DNA of 64,000 nucleotides. Source: Archaeoglobaceae archaeon (lineage in GTDB: Archaea > Halobacteriota > Archaeoglobi > Archaeoglobales > Archaeoglobaceae). The notes under the pieces are model-generated. The model did not search any database, was not told the origin of the DNA, and was given only the letters and a program-made list of their open reading frames with translations. A program made the translations under genes and the position numbers. Position 1 is the first letter of the stretch, and each line of letters starts with the position of its first letter. The stretch spans positions 1-64,000 of the forward strand of contig JAWAQR010000001.1 of the NCBI GenBank assembly GCA_038893835.1. Reading direction: 5' to 3'. This document shows positions 61,452 to 64,000 of this stretch, in pieces.

Positions 61452-62806
61452 TAGCATTGATAAATCCAAATGCGAGAGTTGAAGTTGTTAAAATGCTTGA
61501 AATATCTTCTCCTCCACTTGGAATTAGTTATCTCGCATCTGTTTTGCGTGAAAGGGGGTTTAAGATAAAAATAATCGACGACCTTGTTGAAAATTTGAAT
61601 TTTTCGGATTTGATAAAAAGGATAAGGGATTCTATAATAGTCGGTATAACCTCGACAACTCCAACCTTTAAATCAGCTCTAGAATATGCAAAAAAAATCA
61701 AAGAGGTTCTTCCAAACGTTTTTGTGATCATTGGTGGAGTTCACGTTACTTTTCATCCAGAAGAAGCGTTGAAAAATGAATTCGTTGATGCAGTTTGCAT
61801 AGGAGAGGGAGAGGAGACTATTGTTGAGGTTGCTGAAAAAATAGAGGCTGGGAGAAGTCTTGAGGGTGTAAAAGGGATATACTACAAGGAAGAAGGTAAA
61901 ATTGTGAAAAATCCTCCAAGAGATTTCATTCAAGACTTGGATTCTATCCCATTTCCAGCTTTTGACCTTTTACCATTGGAGAAATATTCTGTTTTAGGTA
62001 AAAAGCTGGAAGTTTTTCCAATGATAACCTCTAGGGGATGTCCCTTTGCTTGCAGATACTGCAGCTCCTCTCTTCTCATGGGTCATCGATTTCGTGCGAG
62101 GAGTGCGAAGAATGTAGTTGACGAGATGGAATGGCTTGTTGATGAATTCGATGCGAAACACATAGCCTTTGGCGATGATACGTTTACGTTGAAAAAGAGA
62201 AGGGTTGAGGAGATATGCAAAGAAATAAAGGAAAGAAAGCTGGAAGTAACCTGGAGCTGCTCTTCTAGGATAGATACTGTGAGTGAAGAACTTCTGAAGA
62301 TGATGAAATCAGCTGGTTGCACTGCGATTTATTATGGAATAGAATCTTCGAGCAAAAGAATTCTTGAATATTACAGAAAAAGAATTTCACTCGAAAGGGC
62401 GAAAGAAGTTGTTAAAATGACGAAAAAGTTAAAAATATCGACGATTTGCTCCTTTATCATTGGTGCACCGATTGAAACCAAAAAGGAAATGGAGGAAACT
62501 TTGAAATTTGCAATCGAGCTGGATCCAGATTATGCGCAATTCTCAATTCTCACACCATATCCTGGGACTGAGATATATAAAGAGGCAAAGGAAAAGAACT
62601 TGCTTCTGACGGAAGATTATGAAAAGTTCACAGCAGGGAAGCCTGTGATGAAGACTTTGATACCAGCTGAAGAGCTTGCAAAGTTTTTGAGAAAATGCTA
62701 TCTCAAATTTTATCTGCGACCGAAATTCATACTGCGTGAAATAAGAAAGGGGCACATTGGTTTAATCTTTAGCGTTATTAAGAAGGCTATAAAGTCTAAT
62801 TTCTGA
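61448..62806 (+). CDS. B12-binding radical SAM methyltransferase (class B; Gmm-like)
   Basis: PPLG..YLAS, GGVH, GEGE, TSRGCPFACRYC, DD.F, GIES, TPYPGT; ATGA overlap with the upstream radical SAM gene. Confidence 0.85.
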   Translation: MIALINPNARVEVVKMLEISSPPLGISYLASVLRERGFKIKIIDDLVENLNFSDLIKRIRDSIIVGITSTTPTFKSALEYAKKIKEVLPNVFVIIGGVHVTFHPEEALKNEFVDAVCIGEGEETIVEVAEKIEAGRSLEGVKGIYYKEEGKIVKNPPRDFIQDLDSIPFPAFDLLPLEKYSVLGKKLEVFPMITSRGCPFACRYCSSSLLMGHRFRARSAKNVVDEMEWLVDEFDAKHIAFGDDTFTLKKRRVEEICKEIKERKLEVTWSCSSRIDTVSEELLKMMKSAGCTAIYYGIESSSKRILEYYRKRISLERAKEVVKMTKKLKISTICSFIIGAPIETKKEMEETLKFAIELDPDYAQFSILTPYPGTEIYKEAKEKNLLLTEDYEKFTAGKPVMKTLIPAEELAKFLRKCYLKFYLRPKFILREIRKGHIGLIFSVIKKAIKSNF

Positions 62807-62969
62807 ACTCCTTTAAAATTCTTGACTTTTTCAGGGCAAAGTAGGAAATTATGGAACAAAAAGCTGCAAGAAATATTGATCTTAAGCCAAAATTAGACAA
62901 ATAAAAGGCTATTAGAGTGACAAAGAATACGGAAACAACTGTTGAGCTGGCGGATATTTTCCAGCTCAG
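62796..62969 (-). CDS. Possible small two-TM membrane protein
   Basis: Open frame filling the gap after iorA with two hydrophobic helices and a basic tail. The only start near the iorA stop is a CTG overlapping it (CTGA); an ATG exists at 63035. Confidence 0.45.
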   Translation of the reverse strand: MSWKISASSTVVSVFFVTLIAFYLSNFGLRSIFLAAFCSIISYFALKKSRILKEFRN

Positions 62970-64000
62970 CTCTCTGATTTTCTCCTTATCGCCCCTTTCC
63001 TGCAAATCTGACTGCATACCCCACAGCCTATGCATGACGTTGCATCTATTTTAACCTTCCCATCATAGATCAAGGCTGGACAAGCGAATGTATTTACGCA
63101 TTCCATGCAAAGATCGCAATCTTCAGTTACTGTAAATGGAATAATCCTGCCCCTTCTCTTCATTTCTCTTGTCCATATCATCGCGCATGGCTGCCTTGCA
63201 ATTATAACAGCAACACCATCATGCTTTAAAGCCCTTCTTAGCACCTCTATCATTCTCTTAACGTTGTAAGGATTCACAACTTCAACGAATTCAACTCCAC
63301 AACCCCTTACAATGTCCTCTATAATCACCCTTTTCCCCCTTTCCCCACAAGCTCTAACTCCAGTCCCCGGATGGGGTTGATGACCAGTCATGCCGGTTGT
63401 TGAGTTATCCAGAATTACTAAGACGAATTTAGCTCCATTGTAAACAGCATTTATCAAAGCCGGTATTCCGGCGTGAAGAAAAGTAGAATCTCCGATAGTG
63501 GCTATTATTTTATCCTTTAAAAGATGGGCCAATCCATTGGAAACGCCCACACTAGCACCCATGCAAATGGTTATATCCACAGCTTCCATCGGTTTGTTAA
63601 TTCCAAGAGTGTAACAGCCTATGTCGCTTGGAAGACAGGCATTTCCGAGTTCGTTCACAACTTTCCTTATAGCATAAAAAGTGGCTGTATGTGGGCAACC
63701 TGCACAAAGAACTGGAGGACGAGGAGGGGCGAGAGACTTCAATTCGTCATTCTTTGTTATCGAAACCCTGTCAAAGCTAGTTTCCAAGCCAAGAACTTTT
63801 GCAATTCCACCTTCCACTATATTTATGTTATACTCATAGTCCATTGGAAAGTAGCCATTCAATTTGCCGAAAGTTTTTATCCCCATAGCCTTTATATGAA
63901 GCTCCAAAAAAGGATCGACCTCCTCAACCACGATTACAGCGTCGAGATTTGATGTAAACTTCTCAACAAGTTTCTCAGGCACAGGGTGTGCTGAAGACAA
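62966..64000 (-). CDS. iorA: Indolepyruvate:ferredoxin oxidoreductase alpha subunit (5' end outside the window)
   Basis: PRPPVLCAGCPH, DIGCYTL, CMGAS, IGDSTFLHAG, DNSTTGMTGHQP, C-terminal 2x[4Fe-4S]. Confidence 0.93.
   Translation of the reverse strand: MSSAHPVPEKLVEKFTSNLDAVIVVEEVDPFLELHIKAMGIKTFGKLNGYFPMDYEYNINIVEGGIAKVLGLETSFDRVSITKNDELKSLAPPRPPVLCAGCPHTATFYAIRKVVNELGNACLPSDIGCYTLGINKPMEAVDITICMGASVGVSNGLAHLLKDKIIATIGDSTFLHAGIPALINAVYNGAKFVLVILDNSTTGMTGHQPHPGTGVRACGERGKRVIIEDIVRGCGVEFVEVVNPYNVKRMIEVLRRALKHDGVAVIIARQPCAMIWTREMKRRGRIIPFTVTEDCDLCMECVNTFACPALIYDGKVKIDATSCIGCGVCSQICRKGAIRRKSES

Overview
Gene-dense (about 70 CDS, many overlapping starts and stops), moderately AT-rich core-genome segment of a euryarchaeon, most likely an Archaeoglobaceae member. 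This assignment is inferred from gene content and order (methanofuran/methanopterin genes, beta-oxidation genes, an alba/hgd-like cluster, lysC-DHH-pcc1, rps15-lysA). The window holds translation and transcription genes, DNA replication/repair genes (PolB, ligase, two RecJ/DHH proteins, a stand-alone LigD 3'-phosphoesterase, a CDIN1/C15orf41-like nuclease), archaeal lipid genes (carS, pssA/pssD beside archaeosortase A, an AIP-synthase-like gene, and a radical-SAM pair resembling the GMGT synthase/methylase), ferredoxin oxidoreductases and a metal ABC transporter. I saw no tRNA, rRNA, CRISPR array, transposase or integrase. Reading the sequence outside the ORF track gave psmB, rps27ae, a pcc1 with no ATG/GTG/TTG start near its 5' end (probably CTG), a csl4 locus missing its central S1 domain and split over two frames, a multiply broken AIM24/TIGR00266 pseudogene, an L7Ae K-turn leader and a symmetric bidirectional promoter. 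No clearly new multi-gene system is proven. The best leads are the GAN-Pcc1-CDIN1-like coupled operon, the split csl4 and the regulated Gms/Gmm-like pair. All product calls come from motif recognition by eye, not database searches.
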